Of a DNA stretch of 64,000 nt, positions 8,453-18,049 are shown piece after piece. The stretch is from positions 140,872 through 204,871 of the forward strand of contig JAPWUV010000008.1 of the NCBI GenBank assembly GCA_028275345.1. Reading direction: 5' to 3'. The stretch's first letter is position 1. Each line of letters opens with the position of its first letter. This stretch comes from a bacterium (GTDB lineage: Bacteria > Zhuqueibacterota > Zhuqueibacteria > Oleimicrobiales > Geothermoviventaceae). The notes under the pieces are model-generated. The model was given only the letters and a program-made list of their open reading frames with translations, had not been told where the DNA came from and searched no databases. Position numbers and translations under genes: made by a program.

Positions 8453-9532
8453 ATGCTCTTGGAAGCGCTCATCGTTTTGCTCAAGGCGGGTTTCATCGTG
8501 ACCGTGGCCCTGACCTTCGGCGCGGTCTTGACCTGGGTGGAGCGGAAGCAGTCGGCGGTGATGCAAGACCGCATCGGGGCCAATCGGGCCGCAATCCTCG
8601 GCCTTCGGCTCATCGGGCTTTTCCACATCTTGTCAGACGCCATCAAGATGTTTACGAAAGAGGAGTTCACGCCCGAGCGTGGGGACAAATTCCTGCACAC
8701 GCTGGCTCCCATGCTGAGTTTGTTCTTCGCGCTGATGAGTTTCGTTGCTATTCCCTTCGGCGATGCCTTGCGCGTCGGTGGAAGGACGATCGACCTTCAG
8801 GCTGCCGACCTCAACGCGGCCATTCTGTTCGTTTTCGCGATGGTATCCCTCGGGATCTACGGCGTCGTGATCGGAGGCTGGGCCTCCGAAAATAACTACT
8901 CTTTCCTGGGCGGCATGCGGGCCTCCGCGCAGATGATCTCCTACGAGGTCACGCTGGGCGTCTCCCTCATCGGGGCGCTACTGATCTACGATACCCTGAA
9001 CCTGCAGGAAATGGTCCGTTTCCAGGGCCACATGTACGGGGGCTGGATTCCCCGGTGGGGCATTCTGCTGCAGCCTCTCGGTTTCTTGCTTTTCCTGACT
9101 GCAGGGATTGCGGAGACCAAGCGGGTTCCCTTTGATCTCCCTGAGGGGGAATCGGAGATCGTAGGCTACTGGGTTGAGTACTCGAGCATGAAATGGGGGA
9201 TGTACATGTTCACGGACTTCATCGAGATGACTCTCCTCTCGGCGTTGGCCACAACCCTCTTCCTCGGTGGGTGGCAAGTTCCGTGGCTTCTGAGCGATGG
9301 GTTCCATTTCCCCTGGGGGAGCGTAGCGTTGCCGCACGTTGTGGTAGTTGTGCTGCAGATGGGGGCTTTTCTGTTGAAAGTGTCCTTCTTCCTGTGGCTC
9401 CAGATGCTGATCCGCTGGACGCTCCCTCGCGTGCGCTACGATCAGCTCATGGCCATCACGTGGAAGTACATGCTTCCCCTTTCTCTGATCAATACGATGG
9501 TGACGGCTGTCATCTTGCTGGCAATAAGGTAG
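8453..9532 (+). CDS. nuoH: NADH-quinone oxidoreductase subunit H
   Basis: Polytopic membrane protein. ERKQSAVMQDRIGANR, AETKRVPFDLPEGESEIVGYWVEYSSMKW. Confidence 0.95.
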   Translation: MLLEALIVLLKAGFIVTVALTFGAVLTWVERKQSAVMQDRIGANRAAILGLRLIGLFHILSDAIKMFTKEEFTPERGDKFLHTLAPMLSLFFALMSFVAIPFGDALRVGGRTIDLQAADLNAAILFVFAMVSLGIYGVVIGGWASENNYSFLGGMRASAQMISYEVTLGVSLIGALLIYDTLNLQEMVRFQGHMYGGWIPRWGILLQPLGFLLFLTAGIAETKRVPFDLPEGESEIVGYWVEYSSMKWGMYMFTDFIEMTLLSALATTLFLGGWQVPWLLSDGFHFPWGSVALPHVVVVVLQMGAFLLKVSFFLWLQMLIRWTLPRVRYDQLMAITWKYMLPLSLINTMVTAVILLAIR

Positions 9533-9536
9533 GGCG

Positions 9537-10133
9537 ATGCGGATACCTCAGTCCGAGAGGGAACTGACCTTTTGGGAGCGGATCTACTTGCCGGAGGTGA
9601 TCCGGGGACTGGCCATTACCGGGAGGCACTTCTTCGTGAACATGGCCCGGCACCTGGCTCATCTCCTTGGTTTCCGGAACGTGCCGAAGGGAGCGGTCAC
9701 CTACCAGTACCCGGAGGAACGTCGGCCGATTTCGCCGCGCCTGCGCACTCTGCACCGCTTGGCCCGCCGGGCGGATGGCTCCCCGCGATGCGTCGCCTGC
9801 ATGATGTGCGAGACCGTCTGTCCGGCCAATTGCATTTACATCGTGGCGGCGGAGCATCCTGACCCGAACATTGAGAAGTACCCGTTGCGTTTCGACATCG
9901 ACCTCGGCAAATGCGTCTTCTGCGGTTTCTGTGTGGAGGCCTGTCCGGAGGATGCCATTCGCATGGACACGGGCATCTACGACTTCGCCGCGTACACGCG
10001 CGAAGGGATGATCCTGACGATAGAGCAGCTGCTTTCCTTCGAACCAGCCCCCTACGTCCAAGTCCCGCCTCAAGATCGGGCCGCCGATCCCGGACCCATA
10101 GATGCGCGGCAGAGGTTCGGCGTCTCCGGATGA
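9537..10133 (+). CDS. nuoI: NADH-quinone oxidoreductase subunit I
   Basis: Two 4Fe-4S ferredoxin motifs, [12 protein letters not shown] and [12 protein letters not shown]. Confidence 0.95.
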   Translation: MRIPQSERELTFWERIYLPEVIRGLAITGRHFFVNMARHLAHLLGFRNVPKGAVTYQYPEERRPISPRLRTLHRLARRADGSPRCVACMMCETVCPANCIYIVAAEHPDPNIEKYPLRFDIDLGKCVFCGFCVEACPEDAIRMDTGIYDFAAYTREGMILTIEQLLSFEPAPYVQVPPQDRAADPGPIDARQRFGVSG

Positions 10134-10230
10134 ATCTCGGCAGTCGGGCTCGGATCCGATGGCTTCGATCCCAAGCCTCCGACTGGCCGAGCGCGGCATT
10201 CGGGCTCAAAAGACAAGCCGAGAGTACGAC

Positions 10231-10908
10231 ATGGAAGACAAGGTGGAATTTCCGGTTTTGGACCGCGGCTTTGTCCGTCTCGTGGACTTCATGGGCGGGG
10301 ATGAGGCCGTAGTGCAGGCAGCACGGGTGTCCACAGGTCAGGGGAGCAAAGGCCTCGAACGGGATCGTGCGCTCATCGATTACCTGATGAGCCATCGTCA
10401 CGAGACCCCCTTTGAGCACAGCGTGTTCAAATTCCACATCCGCTGCCCGATCTTCGTCGCGCGCCAATGGTTTCGCCACCGAATGGCCAGCTACAACGAG
10501 ATTTCCGGACGATACACGGAGCTCCGCGACGAGTTCCACCTGCCGGCGACATTGCGCACGCAAGTTTCGAAGGATTACCAGTATGCCCCGTTACCGGCGG
10601 AGACCGCAGCGCCTCTGATCGAAAGGATCGCAAAGCACTACGACGATTCCTACCGCCTGTATCAAGAACTCCTCGGGGCAGGCGTCGCACGTGAACAGGC
10701 GCGTATTGTGCTCCCTCTTGCGATCTACACTGAATTCTACTGGACGGTGAACGCGCGTTCCCTGATGAACTTCCTCAGCCTTCGCGCCGAGGCTCATGCG
10801 CAGGAGGAGATACGTGCCTACGCCCAGGTGATCTTGCAGATCTTCCGGGAAAAGATGCCCTGGACGTATGAGGCGTTCATGAAGCACTGGTTTAAGCCGG
10901 TGCTGTGA
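10231..10908 (+). CDS. thyX: FAD-dependent thymidylate synthase
   Basis: ThyX signature [17 protein letters not shown] at 10231 ([19 protein letters not shown]) fits the family N-terminus. The ORF extends upstream to 10102 but overlaps nuoI there. Confidence 0.9.
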   Translation: MEDKVEFPVLDRGFVRLVDFMGGDEAVVQAARVSTGQGSKGLERDRALIDYLMSHRHETPFEHSVFKFHIRCPIFVARQWFRHRMASYNEISGRYTELRDEFHLPATLRTQVSKDYQYAPLPAETAAPLIERIAKHYDDSYRLYQELLGAGVAREQARIVLPLAIYTEFYWTVNARSLMNFLSLRAEAHAQEEIRAYAQVILQIFREKMPWTYEAFMKHWFKPVL

Positions 10909-11186
10909 CGTGGTCTGCCGAGCCGCGGGGACAATACTTGTCCCGTGAGCCCGCGGCGCAAGGGGGAATAGCCCGGGCGCGAAAGTGGTTGAGGATTGTG
11001 CGATCCTTGCTGTCCAGCAGTCCCTTCAGCGGAGATTCGGGGATGCCGCCAACCCCTTTCGAAGGGGGGAGAAGTGGTTCGTCCTCCAGGCTCGGCATGC
11101 CAACCGGGAGCCAGCGCCAAATCTAGCCGCCATGAGGCGAATCGGAGTTTGCCGGGCCGGATCGGCCGGGGCGGTCCTTCGGGTTA

Positions 11187-12191
11187 ATGGGGTTGAGCCC
11201 GTTTCCCCCTGTGGGCCCGGGCGTTCGGGTACAAGGGCATGATGGAATGGCGGGCCGGGAGATTACCCCAAGCAGGGTGCCAAACACGGGGATCTTTCGC
11301 GTGGAAGAGGCAAGCGGAAAGAGCCGCCGACCCAGCTGGCTGAAGACGAGGCTTCCGACGGGTGGAGAATTCCTACGCGTACGGGAGCTTGTGGAGCAAC
11401 AGGGGCTCCACACGGTGTGCCAGAGTGCGCGCTGTCCCAACATTGGCCACTGCTGGTCGAGAGGCACCGCAACCTTCATGATACTGGGAAACGTTTGCAC
11501 CCGGAACTGCCGTTTCTGTGCAGTGGCGACGGGCCGACCGGATCCCCTCGACCCCGATGAGCCAAGACGAGTGGCGGAGGCCGTGCGGCGTTTGGGGCTC
11601 TTGTATGCAGTCATCACCTCAGTCACTCGCGATGACTTGCCGGATGGCGGCGCGCAGGTCTTTGCAGAGACGATTCGCGAGATCCGTGCTGCGGTGCCGG
11701 GCTGCCGTGTGGAGGTACTGATCCCGGATTTCGGCGGCTCGGAGGAAGCGCTCCGCACCGTCCTTGAAGCCCAGCCCGATGTCCTGAACCACAACCTGGA
11801 GACCGTCGCCCGGCTGTATCCCCGGGTTCGCCCGCAAGCGGACTACCAGAGGTCTTTGCTTCTCCTGGAACGCGCGCACGGTTGGGGCGCCGTCACAAAG
11901 TCCGGGTTGATGCTGGGCCTGGGCGAGTCCGACGAGGAGATTCGGGAGGTGATGCGCGACCTGCGGCGAGTGGGTTGCCAGGTCCTCACGCTGGGCCAGT
12001 ACCTCCAGCCTTCCCCCGCCCACTTGCCCGTGGAGCGATTTGTGCCTCCTGAGGAATTCGCCCACTGGAGGGAGTGGGGGCTGGCGCTCGGGTTTCGACA
12101 CGTGGAGTCCGGCCCCCTCGTTCGGAGCAGTTTCCACGCGGACCAACAGGCGCGGGGAGTCTGCAGTTCGGCCGGGGCTGCGGAGATCTGA
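11187..12191 (+). CDS. lipA: Lipoyl synthase
   Basis: CPNIGHCW and radical-SAM CTRNCRFCAV motifs. Alternative ATG at 11247. Confidence 0.9.
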   Translation: MGLSPFPPVGPGVRVQGHDGMAGREITPSRVPNTGIFRVEEASGKSRRPSWLKTRLPTGGEFLRVRELVEQQGLHTVCQSARCPNIGHCWSRGTATFMILGNVCTRNCRFCAVATGRPDPLDPDEPRRVAEAVRRLGLLYAVITSVTRDDLPDGGAQVFAETIREIRAAVPGCRVEVLIPDFGGSEEALRTVLEAQPDVLNHNLETVARLYPRVRPQADYQRSLLLLERAHGWGAVTKSGLMLGLGESDEEIREVMRDLRRVGCQVLTLGQYLQPSPAHLPVERFVPPEEFAHWREWGLALGFRHVESGPLVRSSFHADQQARGVCSSAGAAEI

Positions 12192-12209
12192 CGTCGGGTC
12201 TCCGTCGTC

Positions 12210-12722
12210 GTGGATGAATTGCGCCTCTCGTTCCTCGCCAGCAGGGGAGGGAATGTGAGCTGTCCGAAAAGGGTGCAAGATTCCCAAGTGGAGACGGAGC
12301 TTCTGGCTTTCCCAGCGGATGCCAACACAATGGGCATTGTGTACGGGGGGAAGATCTTGTACTGGGTGGACATGACTGCCAGCCTGGTGGCGCGGAAGCA
12401 TTGCGACGGGGCTGTGGCGACTCTTCGCGTGGAGTTCGATTTCGTCCGCCCGGTGCGAGTGGGCGATCACGTGCGGCTTACGGGCTTTGTCACCCGGACG
12501 TTTGGCCGCTCCTTCGAAGTGGAAGTGCAAGTGCACGCCTCCAGCAGTCTTGGGGCCGAAGAAAGACTCGCCGGGAGAGGCTTTCTCATCTTCTCCTGTC
12601 TGGATGAATCGGGGCGATCCCGCCCAGCTCCCCCGCTTTCCCTCGAGTCGGAGGAAGAGAGGGCTCGGTGGGAGGCTGCAGGGAGACGAAGGGAGCTGCG
12701 CGAGAGCCTCGGTGCGCCGTGA
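12210..12722 (+). CDS. Hotdog-fold acyl-CoA thioesterase
   Basis: ADANTMGIVYGGKILYWVDMTASLVARKH resembles the YciA/ACOT-type acyl-CoA hydrolase active-site region. The start codon is uncertain. Confidence 0.7.
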   Translation: MDELRLSFLASRGGNVSCPKRVQDSQVETELLAFPADANTMGIVYGGKILYWVDMTASLVARKHCDGAVATLRVEFDFVRPVRVGDHVRLTGFVTRTFGRSFEVEVQVHASSSLGAEERLAGRGFLIFSCLDESGRSRPAPPLSLESEEERARWEAAGRRRELRESLGAP

Positions 12723-12893
12723 AGGGCCAGTGGCCCCGCGTCCTGAAGCCCTGGAGGCAAAAGGCGCTGCCCCGTCAAGGCTCGCGCTTTCCGCGACGGC
12801 GGAAATCGAGCGGGCTCTCGAGTCGCGACAAGTTGGCAAGGGCGGTTGGGGTGGCTTAGCTTGCAAACGCTGCGAAGCGAAGGAGGAGTGGCC

Positions 12894-13958
12894 ATGGCGG
12901 AAGCGAAACTGCCCGAGCTGGGCAAGATCGATCGGCATTTCTTCGATGAGGTAATTTATCCGCATCTCGGTGCAAAGGATCCCACGGTGCTCCTCGGGCC
13001 GAGGCACGGGGTCGATTTCGGGGTAGTCGAGCTCGGCGACAAGGTCCTGGTTTCCTCGGCCGATCCGGTGTACATTGCTCCGGCGCTCGGTTGGGAGCGG
13101 GCGGCTTGGTTTGCATTGCATATCCTGGCCAGCGACGTAGCCGTGAGCGGAATTCGGCCGCGCTACTTGAGCATCGATCTCAACCTCCCGCCGGAGATGA
13201 GCGAGGAGGTGTTGCGCACGATCTGGGAAACCATTCACCGGGAAGCGGAAAAGCTCGGGATCGCCATCGTCAGCGGGCATACGGCGCGCTACGCCGGATG
13301 CAATTATCCAATGGTCGGCGGGGCGACGATCTTCGGCGTGGATGATCGATCGAAACTGGTGGACCCTAGATCGGCACGTCCCGGCGATCTTGTGATCATC
13401 ACCAAAGGTCCGGCAATCGAAACAACGGGACTGATGTCGGTTCAATTCCCCGAGTTCATCGAGGAGAGGCTTGGCCCCGAGGCGGTCAAGGAGGCGCAGG
13501 GGATCTTTTACCAAATGAGCGTGGTCCACGATTGTGCCGTTGTGGCGGAAACCGGCGGCGTCCATGCCATGCACGACGCTACCGAATGCGGCGTGTGGGG
13601 AGGGCTCTTCGAGATGGCAGAGGCGGGCGAATACGGGCTCCGGATCTGGCCGGAGAGGATTGTGGTTCAGGACATCGTCGCCAAGACGTGCGCCGTCTTT
13701 GACATCGATCCGTTCAAGGCCATTAGTGAGGGCACGCTCATCGCGGTGCTCGAGCCCGCCAAGGCGGAGGAGGCCGTCGCCGCACTGAAGGCGGAAGGAA
13801 TTCCAGCCAGTATCGTAGGGGAGGTGGTGCCGAGGGAGGAAGGGACGAATCTGATCTACCCGGATCACGTGGAACCGCTGGTCCACCCGAAGGTCGATCC
13901 GTTCTGGATCCGCTTCGAGGAATACTTGCTCAAACAGAGCCAGCGGAGATCTCGGTGA
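12894..13958 (+). CDS. AIR-synthase-related (PurM/HypE/ThiL superfamily) protein
   Basis: ATG at 12894 preceded by AGGAGG. N-terminal GVDFGVV...SADPVYI...ASDVAVSG and C-terminal HAMHDATECG blocks are typical of PurM-like ATP-binding proteins. There is no HypE C-terminal Cys motif. Confidence 0.75.
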   Translation: MAEAKLPELGKIDRHFFDEVIYPHLGAKDPTVLLGPRHGVDFGVVELGDKVLVSSADPVYIAPALGWERAAWFALHILASDVAVSGIRPRYLSIDLNLPPEMSEEVLRTIWETIHREAEKLGIAIVSGHTARYAGCNYPMVGGATIFGVDDRSKLVDPRSARPGDLVIITKGPAIETTGLMSVQFPEFIEERLGPEAVKEAQGIFYQMSVVHDCAVVAETGGVHAMHDATECGVWGGLFEMAEAGEYGLRIWPERIVVQDIVAKTCAVFDIDPFKAISEGTLIAVLEPAKAEEAVAALKAEGIPASIVGEVVPREEGTNLIYPDHVEPLVHPKVDPFWIRFEEYLLKQSQRRSR

Positions 13959-13991
13959 ACTTCGGAGTGTTGTCGCGCGTTGGTGCGGTGA

Positions 13992-15794
13992 ATGAGGGGC
14001 CGACCCGGACGTGAGCCCGAGCGAATGAGTGGGCAGTTGTCGACAAGCAGGATGTTCAAACGGATCAGAGCGATCCGGCGGGAGATCAGCGAATCCCGCA
14101 ACCTTTCGAGCTTGTACCGCGCCATCGGCGTGGGATTAGCCAATCTCTTCCACGCGCAAAAGGCGCTGGTGATGCACGAAGTGGAATGCGAGGACGGGCT
14201 GCGTCCGGTGTTCATGTGGCCCGAGAAGCCGTTGGGGGTGTGGTCCAGCATTCAGATCCTGCCGCGGGATCCGCTTTACCAAGCACTTCTCCAGGCCAAG
14301 GAGCCTGTGGTCTCATTTGCCTGGCTTCTTCGACGCATGGGGAACGAGAGGTCCAGGTGGCTCGAACCGCTCATGAAGATCGCAGCCTGGGATCAGGTGG
14401 TGCCCATTGGTAGCGAGCAATATCTGGCGGGTGCGGTTTTTCTCGCGGGCGTCAGGCGTCCGGTGGAGCCGGATGGGCCCCTCGCAGCGGAGATTGGCCA
14501 TCTGGCCGACATCATGTCCTACGCTCTGATGGCTATGCTGACCACAGAGCGGCTGCGGCGCGAGGCCAAAGAAAAGGCTACCCTGGCGGAGGTGGGGAAG
14601 CGGATAAGCTCGTCGCTGGACCTGCAGGAAGTACTGCACGCCATCGTGGAGGCGGTGCGCGAGGTCGTGCCGTGCGACCACGCAGCGGTTTTCCTGCTCG
14701 ATCAAGACAAGGGGGAACTGCGCTACGCAGTGTACCAAGGCATTGCGGAGCAGGTGCCGAGCGACTTTCGCCTGAAGGTGGGCCAGGGGCTGGTCGGCTG
14801 GGTGGCCATTACGGGTCAGCCTGTCCTGATCAAGGACGTGCGCAACGACAGCCGCTATTTGCGATTTTACGAGGATTCTCGCTCCGAACTTGACGTGCCG
14901 ATCAAGAGGGGGGATCGCGTGCTCGGCGTGATCAGCCTGGAGTCGCGACGTCGGGGTGCCTTCGATCAGCACCATTTGGAGCTGCTTCAGGCCTTCGCCG
15001 GGCAGGCCGCGGTGGCTATCGAGAACGCCCTGCTGCTCGAGGAGCTGGTAGAAAAACGCCGTCTGGAGCAAGAGCTGGAGATTGCGCGGCAAGTTCAGCG
15101 AGCGCTCTTGCCGCGGAGTTTGCCCCGAATCCGAGGCTATCGGTTCGCTGCGGTCACCATCCCCAGCGGGCTGGTCGGGGGCGACTTGTACGACGTGGTC
15201 GAGTTCGGCGACGGATCGATTGCGCTGGCCATCGGCGACGTGGCCGGCAAAGGTACCCCCGGCGCGATCTTAATGGCTACCCTCTACTCGACGTACCGGG
15301 GCTTGCTGCGGAAAGGCTTCGCCCCACGCAAGCTCATGCGATCGCTCAATAACCTGCTGGTGGAGCGACTCGATGCGGAGAGCTTCGCCACGCTCTTCTT
15401 GTCCGTCCTCGTGCCAGCGGAGAGAAGACTGCGCTACTGCAACGGGGGCCACAATCCCCCTTTGTTGATCCATGCCGATGGATCTTTCAAGAAGCTTGCG
15501 GAGGGCGGTCCGGTGCTGGGATTCGTTCCGAACCTGCGCTACACGGACGGGGTCATCGAACTGAATCCCGGGGATGTGCTGTTGCTCTACACCGATGGCG
15601 TCACCGAGGCCATGAACGCAAGGGAAGAGATGTTCGGCGAGGATAGGCTTCTCGAGCTGGCGGTGGCCAATCGACACCTGGACCCGCGGCGCCTCCGCGA
15701 TCGGATCGTGCAGGCCGTGCGCGAATTCCGGGGAACTGCCCCCCTTGAGGACGATCTGACGTTGCTCATCGTGAAAGTTCAGCAGGGGAACTGA
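13992..15794 (+). CDS. GAF-domain PPM/PP2C (SpoIIE/RsbU-type) serine phosphatase
   Basis: Central GAF-like region (..VGWVAITGQPVLIKDV..DSRSELDVPI..GVISLES). C-terminal SpoIIE domain (ARQVQRALLP, GGDLYDV, IGDVAGKG, LLLYTDGVTEA, DDLTLLIV). Confidence 0.85.
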   Translation: MRGRPGREPERMSGQLSTSRMFKRIRAIRREISESRNLSSLYRAIGVGLANLFHAQKALVMHEVECEDGLRPVFMWPEKPLGVWSSIQILPRDPLYQALLQAKEPVVSFAWLLRRMGNERSRWLEPLMKIAAWDQVVPIGSEQYLAGAVFLAGVRRPVEPDGPLAAEIGHLADIMSYALMAMLTTERLRREAKEKATLAEVGKRISSSLDLQEVLHAIVEAVREVVPCDHAAVFLLDQDKGELRYAVYQGIAEQVPSDFRLKVGQGLVGWVAITGQPVLIKDVRNDSRYLRFYEDSRSELDVPIKRGDRVLGVISLESRRRGAFDQHHLELLQAFAGQAAVAIENALLLEELVEKRRLEQELEIARQVQRALLPRSLPRIRGYRFAAVTIPSGLVGGDLYDVVEFGDGSIALAIGDVAGKGTPGAILMATLYSTYRGLLRKGFAPRKLMRSLNNLLVERLDAESFATLFLSVLVPAERRLRYCNGGHNPPLLIHADGSFKKLAEGGPVLGFVPNLRYTDGVIELNPGDVLLLYTDGVTEAMNAREEMFGEDRLLELAVANRHLDPRRLRDRIVQAVREFRGTAPLEDDLTLLIVKVQQGN

Positions 15795-15797
15795 GAA

Positions 15798-16442
15798 ATG
15801 CTATTGAAACTTCGCTACTACGGGGATCCCATCCTGCGGCGTAAGACGGTGGACGTGAGCCCCGAAGAGCTCCTGTCCAGTGAGTTCCAGGAGTTCCTTC
15901 GCGATCTGGCCGAGACGATGCACGCGGAGGACGGTGTAGGACTAGCAGCTCCCCAGGTGGGGAGCGAGAAGCGGGTGTGCGTGGCCGCAGACGGTGAGAC
16001 AGTCCACGTGCTTGTCAACCCGCGGATCCGCGGCCGAAGCATCCAGCTTACCTGCGACAACGAGGGCTGCCTCAGTCTGCCGGGGCTTCAAGCGCAGGTT
16101 GCTCGCCACGAACGGGTGATCGTGCAAGCGCTCGATCCGCAGGGCCATCCCATCGAGATCCGAGCGAAAGGTCTCTTTGCCCGCGTCCTCCAGCACGAGA
16201 TCGATCATCTCGAAGGCGTCCTCTACATCGATAGAGCGGAGCCGAATACGCTCGTCTGGCTCGAACGGAAGGGAGAGGACGAGGTCGACCGAGTCCCCGT
16301 CGAGCTGGCCGAAGTGAAGCGGGTCTTCGCCCGCCGGTACCACCAAGGTAAGAGCCGGGAAGAATTGAGTTTCGATCCCCCCTCGTTCCAGCAGGCATCG
16401 CAGATCCCGAGCTCGGGAGGTGGAGATGAAAGAAGGGGATGA
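15798..16442 (+). CDS. def: Peptide deformylase (with about 45-aa C-terminal extension)
   Basis: All three PDF motifs are present: GVGLAAPQVG, EGCLSLPG, QHEIDHLEG. Confidence 0.95.
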   Translation: MLLKLRYYGDPILRRKTVDVSPEELLSSEFQEFLRDLAETMHAEDGVGLAAPQVGSEKRVCVAADGETVHVLVNPRIRGRSIQLTCDNEGCLSLPGLQAQVARHERVIVQALDPQGHPIEIRAKGLFARVLQHEIDHLEGVLYIDRAEPNTLVWLERKGEDEVDRVPVELAEVKRVFARRYHQGKSREELSFDPPSFQQASQIPSSGGGDERRG

Positions 16443-16941
16443 GCCCACGCTCGCCTATCGGGCGATCTCCCTCATGGCTGAGCTCGAGACCCAGGGACTT
16501 GAGCTCTATCGGACTCTCGCCGGGCTGGTATCCGACAACATCGCAAAGCAGATGTTTCGGAAGTTGGCTCAGGACGAGGAGCAGCACCTGGGTTTGATTC
16601 GCCGTGCGGAAGGCGAACTCGCCGGCGGCCTGGACGTGAGCCGCTACGAACTGGCAGAGGCGCTGGGATCTTCCGATTCCCGCCCGGCTCCTTTGGGCCA
16701 TCTTTTTCGGCATGCCAATGAGCTTGTGGCTGCCACAGGTGAGCTCCGGTGTTGCTCCGAGCTCGATGCGCTGGGCGTTTCCCTCGTGGCTGAACTCAAT
16801 TCCATCCGGCACTTGAGCGATCTATTGGCGGCGACGGATTCCGAGGAAGCGCGCAGCGTCTATCGACGGCTACTGGAGGAGGAGAAACGACACTTCGAGA
16901 TCCTGGCCCGAAGGGCTGAGCAGGTTTTCCGCTCCTATTGA
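16420..16941 (+). CDS. Ferritin-like / rubrerythrin-family di-iron protein
   Basis: Two ExxH motifs in helical context (DEEQHLGL, EEEKRHFEIL). Overlaps the def 3' end by 23 nt. Confidence 0.6.
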   Translation: MEMKEGDEPTLAYRAISLMAELETQGLELYRTLAGLVSDNIAKQMFRKLAQDEEQHLGLIRRAEGELAGGLDVSRYELAEALGSSDSRPAPLGHLFRHANELVAATGELRCCSELDALGVSLVAELNSIRHLSDLLAATDSEEARSVYRRLLEEEKRHFEILARRAEQVFRSY

Positions 16942-17009
16942 GCGGGGCTTCAGTTCGAGGAGCGATGGCCCGGACTTCGCTGCGAGCGTAAGAAGGGAGG
17001 GAAGGCAGG

Positions 17010-17996
17010 ATGGGCAAGGTAATTCCGGCCAATCTGAACAACTACCCTCGCATTGGGGACCGCCCCGAGCAGCAGAAACTTCGGCGTACGATTGCGGCCC
17101 TAGATCGGGGGGAGGCGAGTTTGGAGGATCTGGAGCGCGTCCAGAGGGAGGTCACGCGGGAGGTGATCTTGGAGCAAGTGGAGGCCGGCATCCAACTTGT
17201 CACCGACGGGCAGATCCGTTGGGATGACCCGGTCACCTATTTCGCTCGTTCCCTCGAAGGCATCCGCATCGCCGGGCTCGTGCGCTTCTTCGACACGAAT
17301 ACCTACTTCCGCCAGCCGGTCGTGGAGGCGCCGGTCCGGTGGCAATGGCCAGTCTTGGTAGACGACTTCCGCTTCGCAGCGGAGGCGAGCCCCGTACCTG
17401 TGAAAGCGGTAGTGCCTGGGCCTTACACTTTGGCTCGCCTCTCTGTGGATCGCTATTACTCCGATCTACCCAAGCTCACCTCGGCCTATGCCGCGGCGGT
17501 CCGCGAGGAAATCCGAGCGCTGATGGAAGCGGGCGCCCAGGTGATCCAGATCGATGAGCCTTCCCTGGTGCGGCACCGGGATGCCGTGGAAGTGGCCCTC
17601 CCTGCGCTCGCTGGCCTTGCGGAGCTCGAGCGCTCCGATAGCGTAAGGCTCGGCCTGCTCACCTACTGGGGCACCTTGGACCAGAACCTGGACCGGGTGC
17701 TGGAGTTGCCCTTCGATTTCTTGGCGCTGGACCTAGTGGAAGGTCGCCGGGACCTGGAAGGCCTCAGTCGCTGGAAGCTGAAAGGGAAGGTCTTCGGATT
17801 GGGCTTGGTGAACGGGCGCAACACGAAACTGGAGGATCCGGCGGAGCTGGCCGCAGCGGTGAAGAGGATCCAGGACTCGTGCGGTTTCCCGTGGGCCTAT
17901 CTACAGCCGAGCTGCGGGCTGGAATTTTTGCCTCGTGATACCGCACGCCGCAAGCTCGAGATCATCGCCGAGGCGGCCAGGCTGGTCTCGGAGTGA
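17010..17996 (+). CDS. MetE N-terminal-domain-like protein (cobalamin-independent methionine synthase family, non-catalytic half)
   Basis: (beta/alpha)8 MetE-like sequence (VTDGQIRWDDP.., VKAVVPGPYTL, IQIDEPSL) but without the Zn-binding His/Cys pattern. Confidence 0.7.
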   Translation: MGKVIPANLNNYPRIGDRPEQQKLRRTIAALDRGEASLEDLERVQREVTREVILEQVEAGIQLVTDGQIRWDDPVTYFARSLEGIRIAGLVRFFDTNTYFRQPVVEAPVRWQWPVLVDDFRFAAEASPVPVKAVVPGPYTLARLSVDRYYSDLPKLTSAYAAAVREEIRALMEAGAQVIQIDEPSLVRHRDAVEVALPALAGLAELERSDSVRLGLLTYWGTLDQNLDRVLELPFDFLALDLVEGRRDLEGLSRWKLKGKVFGLGLVNGRNTKLEDPAELAAAVKRIQDSCGFPWAYLQPSCGLEFLPRDTARRKLEIIAEAARLVSE

Positions 17997-18049
17997 GAAT
18001 GGACGGAACCGGCTTCCCGAAGTCGAGGGGCAAGCGAGAGGAGGTACAA

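Noticed and set aside
11619-13886. 755-aa ORF on the minus strand
   Set aside because: It is antisense to lipA, the thioesterase and the PurM-like gene, spanning their intergenic gaps. The composition is low-complexity Arg/Pro/Gly-rich. A GC-content artefact.
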